DNA of 50,848 bases, filler included, from Streblomastix strix (GCA_008636045.1; 3 parts of 3 records of this genome joined end to end with filler, not necessarily neighbours in it), one strand, 5' to 3'; shown: positions 1-16,884, counted from the whole stretch's first letter. Notes: generated by a model not told the origin, from the sequence alone. Program-made: numbers and translations.

Positions 1-1104
1 TAAATGTTTTTATCATCATCGAATAGATAGCTATGAATCGTTACCTTGTTATATCTCATGCATAATTCTATATATTAATTATCTCAGATTTAATGTATTA
101 TTAATACTCATTAACATCATCTTCAGATTAAATAACTTTAGGAACATGTTCTTGTATACGAATATCTCTAGATAATATGTATTCATAATCTATTTAAGCT
201 TAATAATTCTAATCATACTTATATTTTTCGCAAATGACTCCAAAATTGAACTATAACATGAATGCTTTATAATTTTATTCCTCATAAACTTAATCAACAA
301 ACTAGTCAATATCTGATAATAATTAGATAACATTATTAAAGTGTAATTTGCTAAGTAATCCGTTTTCTACTGTTTTATGAATTACACGTTCACGTGCAAA
401 TCTTTATCTTGCATTAGAAACTGTTGTAATAAGTTATTCCATTCTGACAAGAAGAAAATATTATAGAGAACCTGCATAATTATCTATTTCTCTAACATTT
501 AATAGATTTAACTAACTAATTTTATCTATAAATCCTTTGTTTTAATTGGTAGTTATTAAATATTGAAGATTCGCTTCATATCCTTCATCCAAAATTCTTT
601 AAGCATATTTTTGTTCTTTGATGATTGAATCAGTCCAGAAATCATTAGCTTATTGTTATTCTTATTCTCTACGATATTCTCATAAATCTTATTCATGTTA
701 ACATGAATGATAATGAGTTAAATCTTAATGTAATTATCGACTCTATTTTTATAAATCATCATAGTAAATATCTGCATTTTGTTACAATTATTTCCTAAGA
801 TATTCTTTTAAATCTTATTCACATTGATTCTATTTGAAATATTAAATCAAATCCTTATCATTGGTATTTTACTGATTATAATTATAAACTTATTTTAAAT
901 GTGTATTCTAATCATTATTGTTATTTATTCCTCGTTTCTTATAATTAATTTTATCTAAATATTCAAAAAAATTAATCTTTAAGTTAATTTACTTTTAATG
1001 TTTCATTAATGTTTTTGTTATTGATTTTGAGAAATTTAATTAGCTCCGATTTCTTTAAGCAAGACGTTTTGATTAAATAATAATAATTTATTTAGATAGC
1101 TCAT
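1..1104 (-). pseudogene. Probable N-terminal region of a protein-primed DNA polymerase B gene, disrupted, continuing beyond the window start
   Basis: Minus-strand reading ...QVYEEQNYKAFMLQFNFGVICEKYK...YEYILSRDIRIQEHVPKVIQSEDDVNEYQQYIKSEIIN...RFIAIYSMMIKTF with in-frame TGAs. It resembles N-terminal parts of Polinton-type pPolBs, but no catalytic motif lies in the window, so identity is inferred from context. Confidence 0.45.
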
Positions 1105-2573
1105 TAAAATTGTATCTCGAGAAGTAAATTATTATACATATCCATATATTACATCGGTATCTTTCTTTCAAAATTATCAAATAATGTAAAGACTAACGAT
1201 TTGTTCTATCCCACAAGACTTTACTAACACATCATATTCTATTTCCTTAATACTGGTGCATCAATTAAATTCTATTTAAAGCATACATTTGAGAATCCAT
1301 TACTACCTGTTGATTGTAACGTTATTCCTTATAGTTAATTAGATACACAAATTATCAACATTTATGGATACTCCAGAAAATTCCCGTTATATGTGCAGAA
1401 TATTTGAAGATCAACTTCTAAGCTTTCATTATCATGTTTAATTTAATAAAACCATACTTCGAGATCAATTTGTTTAATAGTTGATGATAAATTAACTAAT
1501 TAAATTGTCTCCATTTTCATTCTATCCATCATATAGATCTTTTCCAATAACTAACTGCACGTATAGATTTGATGATTGTAATATACAATTAGCGAACAAG
1601 TACAAATTATTTTGTTAGCAATATTCAGTAGTAACTTATGGTATAAATTATCTATAATAATTAATTCTTCCAAATGCCGAATAAATAATTTACCATTCGC
1701 ATATTGATAGTGCAGGAAATGAATTGGTAATTCTAACTAAAAATGTGATAATATTATTAATGATTTAATATATAGTTATTTGCTATACGTTTGTTGGTTA
1801 AGAATCAGATGCAGTAAATGTTCCATTAGCATTTATATCAACTTACTTACTGAATAAGTACCATATTGGTAACCCATTACCTTATGTAAAATGTTTAGGT
1901 TCTATTGATGTTTTGTAATTATTTGATGTTGGGCAATATAATCGAATTAATCCATTCATTCGATATAACTCATTAACTGTAGTATCTAAAATCCAATAGC
2001 TATAGAGAAATGCATCAATTCTAAGGTTAATGTAATTGATAATGGAATTCACTAAATCTTATGCATAATTCTAGTTTAATTAAAATATATTGTTCTATAA
2101 TTTTTATACATGTTCATTAATTGCATTATTATAAAAAAATTTGCCCCACTGTTCAAAGTTGATTAAGTCCTAAAATATTTCTCTATTGTGTCTGTAATAT
2201 TGATATATTATGTCAGTGTTAGTAATAATAATTATCGAATAAATTTATATCATTATATCGTTTGATCACTGTAATCTGCAATATTTATTGCAGTATTCAA
2301 GCTAATACGTATTTGAGATAAACTACCTAGTACTTAACAATGAAAATAGTCCTCTCCAATTTACAATTAGATATAAATTTTTCTTGATTAAGTAGATAGT
2401 ATATATTGCTATATTTCTATATAATCATTGTTCAAATAATATGTTATTTTAATTAAAATATTATTTATACTATTAACCTAAAAGCTTTAACTACCGCTAG
2501 AGATAGATGTCTACCAAGTTACATAATCTTTATTTCAATCCGAGTTGATAACTTGAAAGCCGATGTTTGCCAT
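1101..2573 (-). pseudogene. Element protein (~490 aa), putative minor capsid (penton)-like, copy A
   Basis: MANIGFQVINSD*NKDYVTW...GNFLEYPQMLIICV...SNVCFKQNLIDAPVL...LVFTLFDNFERKIPMQYMDVYNNLLLEIQFQ*. Clear homologue of 17877-19343. Has internal stops and frameshifts. Confidence 0.6.
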
Positions 2574-2624
2574 TTCATTGAAACAAAAATAATAACGAAG
2601 TTAAAAACATCATAAATGATAAAC

Positions 2625-2822
2625 TCACTCTCTTTCATTTAAATATTATATCAATTTCATTACTGCTGATTTGCTGTTCTCAGATGCAATTTATATAATT
2701 TCTTTTAACTGTTCCATCTTAAGACGTCTATTGTATTATCTTAATGTAAATCTCAATTCTTTCTCAGGATCACTTTTTATCGCTCGTAATAAAAGTTATC
2801 TTAAAAACGCTGAGTAAGTCAT
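2625..2822 (-). CDS. Small conserved element protein (65 aa), copy A
   Basis: Open ATG-to-TGA frame MTYSAFLRQLLLRAIKSDPEKELRFTLRQYNRRLKMEQLKEIIQIASENSKSAVMKLIQYLNERE*; homologue at 21030-21266. Confidence 0.7.
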
Positions 2823-3008
2823 AAATTCTTCACAATTTATTTTTGCTATACTTTTGATATAGAAAAATAATATCATTTTAACAAAATTATTATTAGTAAA
2901 ATGCTTTAGATGATAATTTAAATGTTCATTCATATTGGATTACATTCATTAAGCTATTATTTTGTTTCAATTTGTTTGTTACTAAAATATAATTTATATT
3001 CAATTAAA

Positions 3009-4130
3009 ATGAAGAGATCAGTAAAACGATCTAAATCAACTTGTTAAATGTCAAAGCTCAAAAAAGTAGGAAGACCAAGTAATTAACCACAAGCTACATA
3101 TGTAAAGGAATATATAGGAACAAAATAAAAGTATATATATTTATAAATTATAGCTCATTGATCCTAAACAGGTAGCTAAAGTACTTTAAATTCAAAAAGA
3201 TATTGGATCGATAGAAATTGTTTAAGGACGATTATCTAGAGATTAATATAAAAAGATTTTTTAATTAAATTATTGATGTTGGTCAAAGTATTTCAATATA
3301 AAGAAGCAGATGCTGGAATATAAGGATTTAAAAGGGGAATTAGATAATGGAGATAATATGGAGGATTTGATCTAATAGATCTAATAGAAAGTAATAGAGA
3401 AGCTTAATAGATGGTAAACAATTTACTAACTCCATAGTCTTAACAACTTGTGTAATAAGCGGATGCTGATACTAATCAAAATATTAATGATTATTTTAAA
3501 TAAACATCACATGATGTTGGATCAAAGAGAGAACCATCAGCACCTGATCGAAGTATATATGACAGTTATGATGAAATAAAGGAAATATTTGAAGGTTACA
3601 ATCCATGGTAAGAAAAGCGTTAATAAAACTTAAATCCATTCCAAACAAAAACCGATTAATTAGCCCGTTTAGGCTTATTAGCTGATTCTCATTTATATGA
3701 TATTGATTAAGAAAAAATATAATATTAATAATTAAAATAATTAATTTAAGATAATAAAGAAACAAACAAAGATCAATAGTACATTGGAGGATTAGATTAG
3801 GGATAAAAACCAGTGCATACATAGTATGGAAAAGATCCAAATGAGCCACATAAAGTAGTTGATTATAAAGTTACTGGTTAGGATGCGTTAACAGCTAGAT
3901 AACAAAAAATACTATAATAAAAGGAAGAACAATTAAACTTGGATATAACTAAAACACATAAGATTGCAACCATACGAATTTTATCACAAGTTTAAGCTTA
4001 AGAATAGCTTAAAAATAAACTTGGAAGAAAAAAGAAATGGGCATTTATGCCCGTCAATGAAGTTGGTGAAATTGCGATCAAAGATTTGGATCTTCAATTA
4101 ATTGAGAAATTTACTCTAAAGTATCATCTG
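3009..4130 (+). pseudogene. Element hypothetical protein, copy A (frameshifted; end approximate)
   Basis: Starts MKRSVKRSKS...KKVGRPS. Its C-terminal YIGGLDQG...PHKVVDYKV...IATIRILSQVQAQEQLKNKLGRKK aligns with YMLGSLDWG...PQKVVSMRI...ISEIQMIATVEAQKELKKKYGKK of 21300-22385. Confidence 0.6.
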
Positions 4131-4329
4131 ATATTATTGTTTTATATATTTGCATCTATTATTCATAATAACTCATTAGTTAGTTATTCTTTAAATTATT
4201 TTTACTTCAAACGTTATCTTATCTTAGCTTCACCAAGTTATTTCTTAGCCATTTCTTATGCTTCCTATTCTATAAAATATTTTTTGATTTTCTAACATTT
4301 ATAGTAAGTTTTAAGCTTTCTGTGCCCAT
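4130..4329 (-). pseudogene. Short basic helical ORF homologous to the integrase C-terminal AT-hook extension of copy B
   Basis: After a frameshift it reads KKYFIEQEAQEMAKKQLGEAKIRQ, similar to GRPKKYNTIEEAKNKAREQR in copy B. Confidence 0.4.
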
Positions 4330-4349
4330 TTATTTATCAACAAAATATA

Positions 4350-5480
4350 TCAAACTAATTTAAAAGTTTACTTATTTTTATCTTTTAATGTTTCAATATT
4401 TTTTGCATCTTTATGAGCATATTTAATTGATACATCAACAATCTTAATATCATTGTATGGTTTCAATATTTCACAAACAACATTTCCATGGTCATATTTT
4501 ATAAATGTTTTTATTTCAATAAATTATCTACATTATTTCTCAAATCCGTGAACGGTCTTTTTCAAATCAAGATGTATAGTTATTATATTACCTTTCTTTA
4601 AATCAAGTAGATTATTTTTATTATATTATTCCTTTACATCAGTTAATTCCTTAATTTTTTATCTAATGTATATTCCTTCTAAATCTACTTTCTAATTAAC
4701 TTATTTAGGAGAGAATTTTTATATAAAAGCATAGTGCTTTGTGTTACTGTAATAATCTACAACTTATTATATTTACTTGTTATTAGCCATTAATTAAGGA
4801 TCATTTTCAAACGCATTCCTAATTTTTCTGACTAATGAATCAAATACTATATTTTTGTTAACGAAGGTTATGGTATATTGAAGTAATTTATGTCATTCGA
4901 TTTTAAATAATCCTTAACTTATTTACTACCTAACGCAGATTCACCATCTGATCTTATATTAAAAACAAGTTACTTAAATTTTAATTATTTAAAACAGTTT
5001 AATAGTTCTTTTGCTAATTTATCTTTAATTGGAAACATTACTAAGTATTTAGTGTTAATATTAATGCAAAATAGATATTATAGAATTATTTTATTAATTA
5101 TTAGATGCATTATAAATATTATATCAATTTCTCCACTCCTTAATTCAAGTGAGAAGTATGGACGTTAATACTTCTTTAATGGTTTCAGTTTAATGTCTTA
5201 CACTATATCGGTTTTATATTTAACTTTACACTTAAATGGATTTTTAATTCTTTATGGATCCAATTATATCTTCGGTTTAACTTAAGGTTTTACATTGTGC
5301 TTTATTCGTTCAGCATGACACTTTTAAAAACTTTCAAAATAAATCTTAAACTATTAAGAAATAGTGTTATCTTCAAACTATTGCTCCAAATTATTGATGT
5401 TGAATTACTTTTTAAATACAAAATTCAAATTTTTAATGAAATCTATTAATTATATTTATCAACTTTGAACGTTTTGTCAT
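4350..5480 (-). pseudogene. Retroviral-like (rve) integrase, copy A, frameshifted
   Basis: KLKPLKKYQRPYFSLELRSGEIDIIF...YLFCININTKYLVMFPIK...NIRSDGESALGSK...NKNIVFDSLVRKIRNAF...YYSNTKHYAF; homologue of 19536-21021. Confidence 0.8.
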
Positions 5481-5735
5481 CTATAAATTATATAATTAAT
5501 TTTTACATTTATTTTATTACACAATAATTATCAATATTTGAGCATAAAAATGAAAAATTGATATTTTATGGAAAATTCATATTAGTAAAATTTATATAAT
5601 TTTCATCTCCTAGATATGCCAAAAGCTTAAAAATAAAAAATTAAATTTAAAAAAAGATGTTTCAAAATTTGTCAAAAAATAAATTTTTTTTACAGACTGT
5701 TGCATTATTGATCAAACTCATAATATGCAAAAGCC

Positions 5736-5807
5736 GACATTTAGTGGGATTTGAATCCACATCATCAGATGGGAAATCCACTTATCTATCCACAATGCTA
5801 CTGAAAC
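5736..5807 (-). other. Degenerate tRNA-like sequence (Pol III A/B boxes; Gly-like anticodon loop)
   Basis: Minus strand 72 nt GTTTCAG-TAGCATTGTGG (A box)...TTCCCAT...GTGGA-TTCAAAT-CCCAC (T arm/B box) with tRNA spacing. Acceptor, D and anticodon stems pair poorly. Confidence 0.45.
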
Positions 5808-6971
5808 AATTAAATTTGCTTTATTAATATAATTATTAAAAATATAATAATTAATATATCAAACAACATAAAAATTAAAACAAAAAACTAACGAAAAGTG
5901 TTGCCTCACTTAATTTAATATTAACACCAACTTTATTGGTTTATGCCTTATATATTTTATTTATAAATTAAGAATATGTGCATGATATTACATATGATTT
6001 ATCCTCAGAATCCGCTCACATGATTAATTATATGGAATGACATGATGGATTAGTGTATATATGAACGTTTGTTCGTTAGTCTTGGGGACTAATGTGTGTT
6101 GATTGATTATTATCGTTCATACTAATGTATATATATTCATTCTTTATATTAATGTGAACGATTAATGCTTTCCAATATGTTTATTCGATAGTTTTGGGGA
6201 AGATTGGCTGCCGTACGTTTAAAATCATATTTACTCAAATCGATTTGCTACACCTATTCAATTAGCATGTGTAAATTGATTTGAATTAATATGATTTTGG
6301 AGTTACGGAAAACATCTTCTTTATATACTATTATTAGTTAATTAAATTTACTAAATTCATCAATATCATAAATATTTCTTTTTGTTTAACATAATTTGAA
6401 ATACAAATTCACTCACAAAAATTTCTAAGATCTCCATCGCAGGATTGTCAAATTGTTGAAAGCTCGTTTTCTCTCCTTATCGTTCACTTCCCAGGCATTT
6501 CATCCAAAATATGACATCTATAGACTCACCGCCATATATTTCCAATAATGTTGAACTCTATTTATGCACTTATCCAATCCACCCGCACAAACTTATTTTC
6601 AATTTTTCTCTTATCTTGTTTATTATCAGTAGCTAATTTTCATAATTTGCTTTGTAAAAGTTTAATTTACACTTGAATTTAATAGCATCTAGATTTTTAT
6701 TTCGTTATTTTACCACTTAATTTGCTTCTTATTTTTCTAATATTTATTTCGTTCATTACTCATCAAACTTATAGATTGGAAATTTAATTTTGGACAAATT
6801 TATAAATATATTATTATTCTCCTTTTAATTATACTATAACATCTATCAGATATTATCTTGAAATATCGCTTTCAACTATATAATTTTCACTTTCTCGTTT
6901 TCTCCTTACAACTTTACTTTTATTAATTATTTAATTTTTTTTTAATTATCGCATAGATTTGCGTATAATTC

Positions 6972-10848
<3,877 letters not shown>

Positions 10849-10996
10849 GAAAAAAGCAGATTAAACTGAAACTTATCGTCGGATTCACTTCAATTTATGT
10901 ATATAACAAATGTAACTATATTTTGTTTTATTTTAATTCAAAAATATATATTATAATAAACTGTTTAAACAAATAAAATTTCTTTTTATATTTAAT

Positions 10997-13650
10997 TTAT
11001 TGAGTTGAATCAAATTTCTTCTTCTTAACTCTCACTGCTTTCATTCTCAATTGGTCCAAACTCACTTGATTCTTCTTATTCATCTTCATCTTCTTCATTG
11101 ATGACGTTGATGTTATTGTCTTCTTTCTCTTATTAATCGATAACAGCAACATATTCTTCTTATTTGATTGAAATCGGGAATAATTTACTTTTCTCACCTT
11201 CTTTTAATGGTTCATTTTTGTGTTTGTTTTGACCATCTTTTGATTCTCCTTTCAGAATAACACCAGTTCTGGCAGTTCCATCAACAATAACACTCATAGG
11301 CTTCTTTGTATGGCACCATACAACATATTATCCTAATTCAATTATCTCATATTTTTCAATCTTATTTCCAATCCATCAATGGATCATTTATATTCAGATT
11401 CTCAGTATTGTCTGATTTCGCAGACATCTGAGGTACAAACAAGAAAGGAATCCGAAGCCCAAATAACATTATGCATGAAGTGTGTTCCAAGTGATGGATC
11501 AATGTTGAAGTCTGGAAGTCCAGTCTCAACCAGAACACGAGCACCACATATCTAAGGCCAATCTAATTGGTATTCCCAATGATGCTTATGATGTTCCCCA
11601 TCTACCAACTCCAACTAAGTATGAATGGTATTGATCCCTGAAATTTCCTTCTTTTCCTTTGCTTACCACTTTTGCTGTTGGATCTTTTTGGTCCTTTCAA
11701 AACTTCATTTGATGTCAGTCTTTTGTTAATATTTGAGATATCTTTTGCGATATCTATCGTTTTCAGTTTATCGAATGTAGATGGTCTTATATATATAATA
11801 TATCAAAGATCTTCAGTGAATTCGGATCCAAGTACAATGCTCGCTCGACCTAACATTTTGCTTTCAGGAAGATCTTGCATCATTTCGGTCAATCTTTGTC
11901 CTGAATCCAACTCAAGGCCTCCCATTCCACCAGAATTGGGAGAAAGCATTGGTCTCAATTGGAGCAAAACAAGCTCAGGTGGGTTAATTGTTAAATTACA
12001 GGCAAATTCCATTTCAACTGGACCTGCTATCCCCCCAAATTGAGCGATACGATCTACACTTCTAAGAATATCTGAAAGATTAATTGTAGCTGATTAATAT
12101 TATTAAGGTGATTTGTTATATTATGATTTATTAATTTATTGAAATTGATTTTGTTTTTGAAGTGTTCTGGTGAATAAGTTGCTGGAAAGTTCGTTGATTT
12201 TGGAGTTTTCATTCTTAGCTACAATCGCTGCCATTGATGACAGACCATGGGTAAATGTGAATCATAATTGAGGATACATAATTTTCTTTCTTGCAATCTA
12301 TTCAGGTGAAAACGGATCATATACTATTTCTGGTTCAATTAGTTTTTCACAAAATAATTCAGTCAATTATATTGGAGTGGATTGACTAAAATTAATATTT
12401 GATTAAATGTTTGATGATGATGTGATATTTGTATTTAATTAATTATTTTACTATTATTATATAGATGGATATTATGTTTACAATTATCTATTACTTTGTA
12501 TATCTTTATTCGATTGAGTAATTGGAACTGATGGAATTGGGTAAGAAGGTGAGATTTGAGTTTGTGATGGATTGATTCTGAAGAAATTTGAATATTGTGA
12601 TACTTGCTATTATAATTATTGAGTCATAAGTTATTAATGAATTTGTATAACAGTTGTTTCTAAAGAGCTCAAATCTTGATTTGCTGTTTTCTGCTGGTTT
12701 TGGATCTTTTCAAAAAGATTTTGAATTGAAGATTCAGATGCAGACCATCTGGATGACATTCCATCATCATTTTGATCATCGCGATTCACTTGTGAGACTT
12801 GAGCTGGTTTATTCACTGGATTGTTGATATTCCGATTGGTTTTGGTTATATTGTATGATTGTGCAGGTTTTATTAGTATTTTGCAGTCCCGTCTTCCTTC
12901 TCTTTCTATTCATTGGATCCTTCAATTACACTTTAAAGTTTTGTTTGTTTCTATTTATTCACTTTCTCATCTTTTATATCTCATTGTATGCTCTCACCCA
13001 AAATATCTCGTAATCTTATACAATCATATCCATTTTTGATTCCTAATGTAGTCAGTTGATTGTTGCTCGTCAATTCATTTTTATTGGTCTGAGTCAGGAT
13101 AATATTCGTGGTTGCAGATATCCCTGATGCATAATTGAATGATGGATTGTATGTCTTTGATGAAAACTGGATTGATATTATTGGATAATGCATTAATATT
13201 GATTTTGATGATGGTGATGAAGCAATTTTCAACAATCTATTAAAAGTGATAAATTTTGGAAATCAATCTTTGTTTCCATGAACATAATCCAATACTTTCT
13301 TATCAAAAATATTAATTACGGATCTAAATCCAAATTGACTGCAATGATCCATCTTTTTCAGCTTAAGATTTTTCATAAATTCACAAATTCGTTGTTTCAT
13401 CAACAGTATCATCACATGACTTGTTGAAAAATCCAGAAATTTGATAGAAAAAATGAAATATATAGATTAATTGAAATAATAAATGAAAATGCATTAGATA
13501 CTTGTTTCTAGTTTCAATTCTATCAGCGAACTGCGTGAGCATATCCTCCTATAAATGAGTGCTGGCATATAATACCTAACAGCTTTTTAGATATCATTGT
13601 CAACAGTTCCCTAACTTACTTGTCAATGTTGCATGATGACATTTCCAGGA
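10997..13650 (-). pseudogene. Bacterial-type PEP synthase/PPDK-like (PEP/pyruvate-binding domain family) gene, C-terminal half, decayed
   Basis: Motifs FPKFITFNRLLK, INLSDILRSVDRIAQ...GPVEMEFACN...LVLLQLRPM, YIYIRPSTFDKLKTIDIAKDISNINKRL, YLVGVGRWGTS..SLGIPI, GARVLVETGLPDFNIDPSLGTHFMHN and KPMSVIVDGTARTGVILKG match the PVEIEFA/LLQxRP/GPGRWGS/DPSQGTHFFQN family as I recall it. Several in-frame TGAs, frameshifts and decayed splice acceptors. Confidence 0.75.
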
Positions 13651-13882
13651 GATTGATAAAGATGAAGTAATATAGAAAATATATGATACATAGAGTGCAA
13701 TGATAGATTCACAAATGACAAAAATTGTTGATACTAACAGTAAAAAACGCTATCGACACATATTTATAGAGTTTTTGATTGATGGGTGGGACAAAAGCGA
13801 AACTGTCGTTTATTGTTATACATCTTTTAATGACAAATAGTCCCTTTTTGGCATTTGAGGAGTGTATATTTTATATCCAACT

Positions 13883-14900
13883 TCACCTTTATTGAATTCT
13901 TGAAATTAGATTTTGTTCCACGAGGCCGTGAGTATCTGATAGTTTCATTGCTATTTCGTTGTCATTTAATGCATCTGAGAATACGTAGTATTCATTTGTT
14001 GATTTTGAATTACTTGCATGTTCAGCGTATGTTAATAATAACGTTTCGTCTAAGCCGATTATTACTAATAGCTTTGCTGCAGAATGCCTAAATGAATATA
14101 CTTATTTTCCATTAATAACCATCACGCTAGTAATTTCTTTAATATGAGTGAGATTTGGCTTCTTTTAGCTGGAAAAATTATGTTTTCATTCCACCATAAT
14201 GCTCCAAACTTATTATCTCTGATGGATCGACCGTGTTTGTTATCAATTCTTTTCAACTAATCGAAAAATGTTGCTCTTGGACATACTATTCTGTCTCTAG
14301 TCTTTGGGAATTTGTGTGAGTGAAGTCCAGACTTTGTTTTTGGTTGCAGTCGCAAATCTACTTTGTCAGTTTGTTCATAAATTACTGGGTGTTTTAGAAA
14401 TATTCCTTCAATTTCGGATGATCTCATTGAACAAATAGTCATAGGGAGTGAAATAAGTTTAGTCTACCGATCAATGTATGTCAAATTTCGGTTCGATCCT
14501 TTTTTTCTTCAATAGTCAGAAAGTATTCCCTCATTCTATATGTCTTCATATTTCGGTTTGACGATCAAGTGTGCTTAGATTGAATTTCTGGTAAATTGGA
14601 GTATGTGATTATTCTTTAAATCCATGTTGAGTACTAGTGAAAGCATGGAAGAGAGTCAATTTAGAGACTGAAGTGCTGAGTTGCTGAGGTATATACTGAA
14701 GTAAATTAAGCTAATACCTCTGTAATAATGATGAGTGGTTTCATTGTTAATAAATCAAGTATTGTGTAATGATTTATTTAAGTCAATTTCTTGAGTTTTT
14801 CCATTGCATAATTTTATCTTCTTTTGGTATTATGTCTTTGGCCATATTAAATCATATCTATCGCTCACTTGGATAAATTTATTATTCATAAAATCTTTCT
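13883..14900 (-). pseudogene. Tyrosine recombinase of the DIRS element (start approximate)
   Basis: CSMRSSEI (R), LQPKTK (K), VCPRATFF, YSFRHSAA (14081-14098), EHASNSKSTNEYY (H, Y); frameshifted. Confidence 0.85.
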
Positions 14901-16884
14901 TGTGAATCTTCATCCTTTCCCGGCCTATTGTCCATCAGAAAACAACCTATCTTGCGTGGAGATTGTTTCAAATTCTTCTTAATGAACGATGTTTCCTGGT
15001 TCAAGAATTTCATTGCTCCAGCCATGCAAAAAGTATTGAACATTCCAGTTAAACAATTCTGTGCACCATATCACGCCTGGCCATAGTGGAGCTACTATCA
15101 TTGCGCTCATTAATTCATCTCTTATCTTCTTCAGAATTGCTGGAAGGAAGAAGGTAGAAGGATGAATCTATGGAAATTCCATCATCCGTAACTGATCTAC
15201 AGCATCAGTTTCTATTTCTCCGTGTCCTCATATTGTTGACATGAATCTTGGCAGTAGATTATTGAAGTGTTGTGAGAATAAATCTATTGCTTGGTTCAAA
15301 TTCATCGGAAAACGTGTTTGTTGAAAAATATTCTTCGTTAGTTTGTAGTCTCCTGCCCTTAATAGTCTACTTAGTGCGTCTGCTATCTCGTTTTTAACTC
15401 CAGGGAGATGAGTAATTTGGATCTAAATTCCTTGTTTTTCTATTGATTAGTTTACTTGCTTTATTTCTTTTATCATTGTTGATGTTTCTCTCCATTTTCT
15501 AATGTTAAAAACTGCTGTACTGTTATCGCTTCTAATTGCTAGGGATTGAACTCGCGAATTCTTTAAGGTTTTGGCGAAACTTCGTAGGCCTTAAGTTATA
15601 GCTTTGATTTCCCTGTTGTTGTTTGATAATTTCGCATAACTTTTATTCCAAGTTCTATGAGCCATTTCTATCATTTCAAGTTCTCTCTCTAAAGTTGAAT
15701 CCCATCCACTAGGTGCTGCATCTGCTACCATTATTATTTATGATAGTATCTGTATTAGTTATGTAGGAATGTTCGCTCTGAATTATGCAGCCCACCAGTT
15801 TATATCTGGAATTGCTGTCTTATTCATTGTCATTGTTGTATTCCATCCTCTCTGTTTTGCTGCAAATGCTTTCTGGTGGTCCATTATGTTCAGGAAGAGT
15901 GAAGCTACTTAAAATTATAGTCTTAGACTGTTTGGCTTTCCTATCAGTTTAGCCGACTGTTTTACTGTTTTTTCTGTTCTTATCTTTATCCATTTTCTCA
16001 TATTGTATAGATCGAGTAGTAGAAGTAAGCGCTTCTTCGGTTTCGTTTAAACTGTTGAATTTTCTAGATTCCATTCCCATCCTAGAACAATTATAGTTTA
16101 TTTCGATTCAGTCTCGCTCTTTTCTGTATTTATTGTGAATCCGAAATATTTCAGTGTTTCTAATACTTCCTGAGTCGTATTCTTCAGACGTTCTTAGTTT
16201 TGTGAAAGAAAAGGATGTAGTCTACGTAATTGATTATTCGTATCTCGGTTTTCATTCATATTTGTAGCATTATAGGTTCCATTGCTATTGGGAAGTACAT
16301 TTATGAGTGTTCAGTTCTAAATGGCATTGTTCTGTATATGTAGTGGTTGTTCTGAAACTCGAATGCTATGTACAGTTATTATTCTGTTTGGACTATAAGT
16401 TGGCGAAATGCAGAGGAAAGATCCAATGCAGGGCCCCTATCTCCAAGCCTAATTGTTTGTTTAACCTCATTCGAATCGTGCTTCTTGAAGTGGAAGTCTG
16501 CAAAATCCTTATTCTACACTTTGGAATCAAGTATATTTATCCATTTACCGTTTATTTTCTTTATCATGAATATTTAGTTGTATCATTTGATTTGTTCCTT
16601 TCTGTTTGATATCACAATGTTCTCTTTCAATTCTTCTTCTTATATTATCTTGAACTTTTTCACTACTTTTTCTATTCCTCTGAATTTAGTTATCTTTAAC
16701 CAATATTGTAGATTGTTAATACACTGGTTATCTTTCCATTGGAGGATAAATCCTTATTAGATGAAATCTTTCATGTTAATTGGTCCCCATTGTTCCAAGT
16801 ATCTGTCTCTCTGTCACTCCATACCTGTTTAATATTTCCTATTTATCATTATCGGTTTCACAGTTTTCATGACATCTGCCCTCC
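14886..16884 (-). pseudogene. Reverse transcriptase-RNase H-(adenine methyltransferase-like) ORF of the DIRS element
   Basis: RT: GKWINILDSK...LDLSSAF...YIYRTMPF...INYVDY (16217-16228; YxDD mutated)...LGWEWNL. RNase H: ADAAPSGW...NNREIKAI...IRSDNSTAV...HLPGVKNEIADALSRL. Then IDLFSQHFNNLLPRF. Stops and frameshifts present. Confidence 0.9.

Larger units (their letters stand above)
1..5480. mobile_element. Decayed Polinton/Maverick-like (pPolB + rve integrase) element, copy A, running off the window start
   Basis: Dense, intron-less ORFs (TAR=Gln) with frameshifts and stops. Five of them align by eye with ORFs of the element at 16985-24705: penton-like, 65-aa ORF, ~360-aa ORF, AT-hook-like peptide and integrase. 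Confidence 0.8.
13883..16884 (-). mobile_element. DIRS-type tyrosine-recombinase retrotransposon, degenerate, 5' end lost in the gap
   Basis: RT, RNase H, methyltransferase-like region and tyrosine recombinase lie in tandem on the minus strand. Confidence 0.9.

Noticed and set aside
6350..6940. Possible degenerate minus-strand ORF
   Set aside because: Multiple TGAs and no recognisable motif; it cannot be assigned.
11800..13270. Idea that TGA is a general sense codon because of repeated in-frame TGAs in the PEP-synthase-like gene
   Set aside because: The same gene has frameshifts and broken splice sites, and intact genes end in TGA; pseudogene decay is the simpler explanation.
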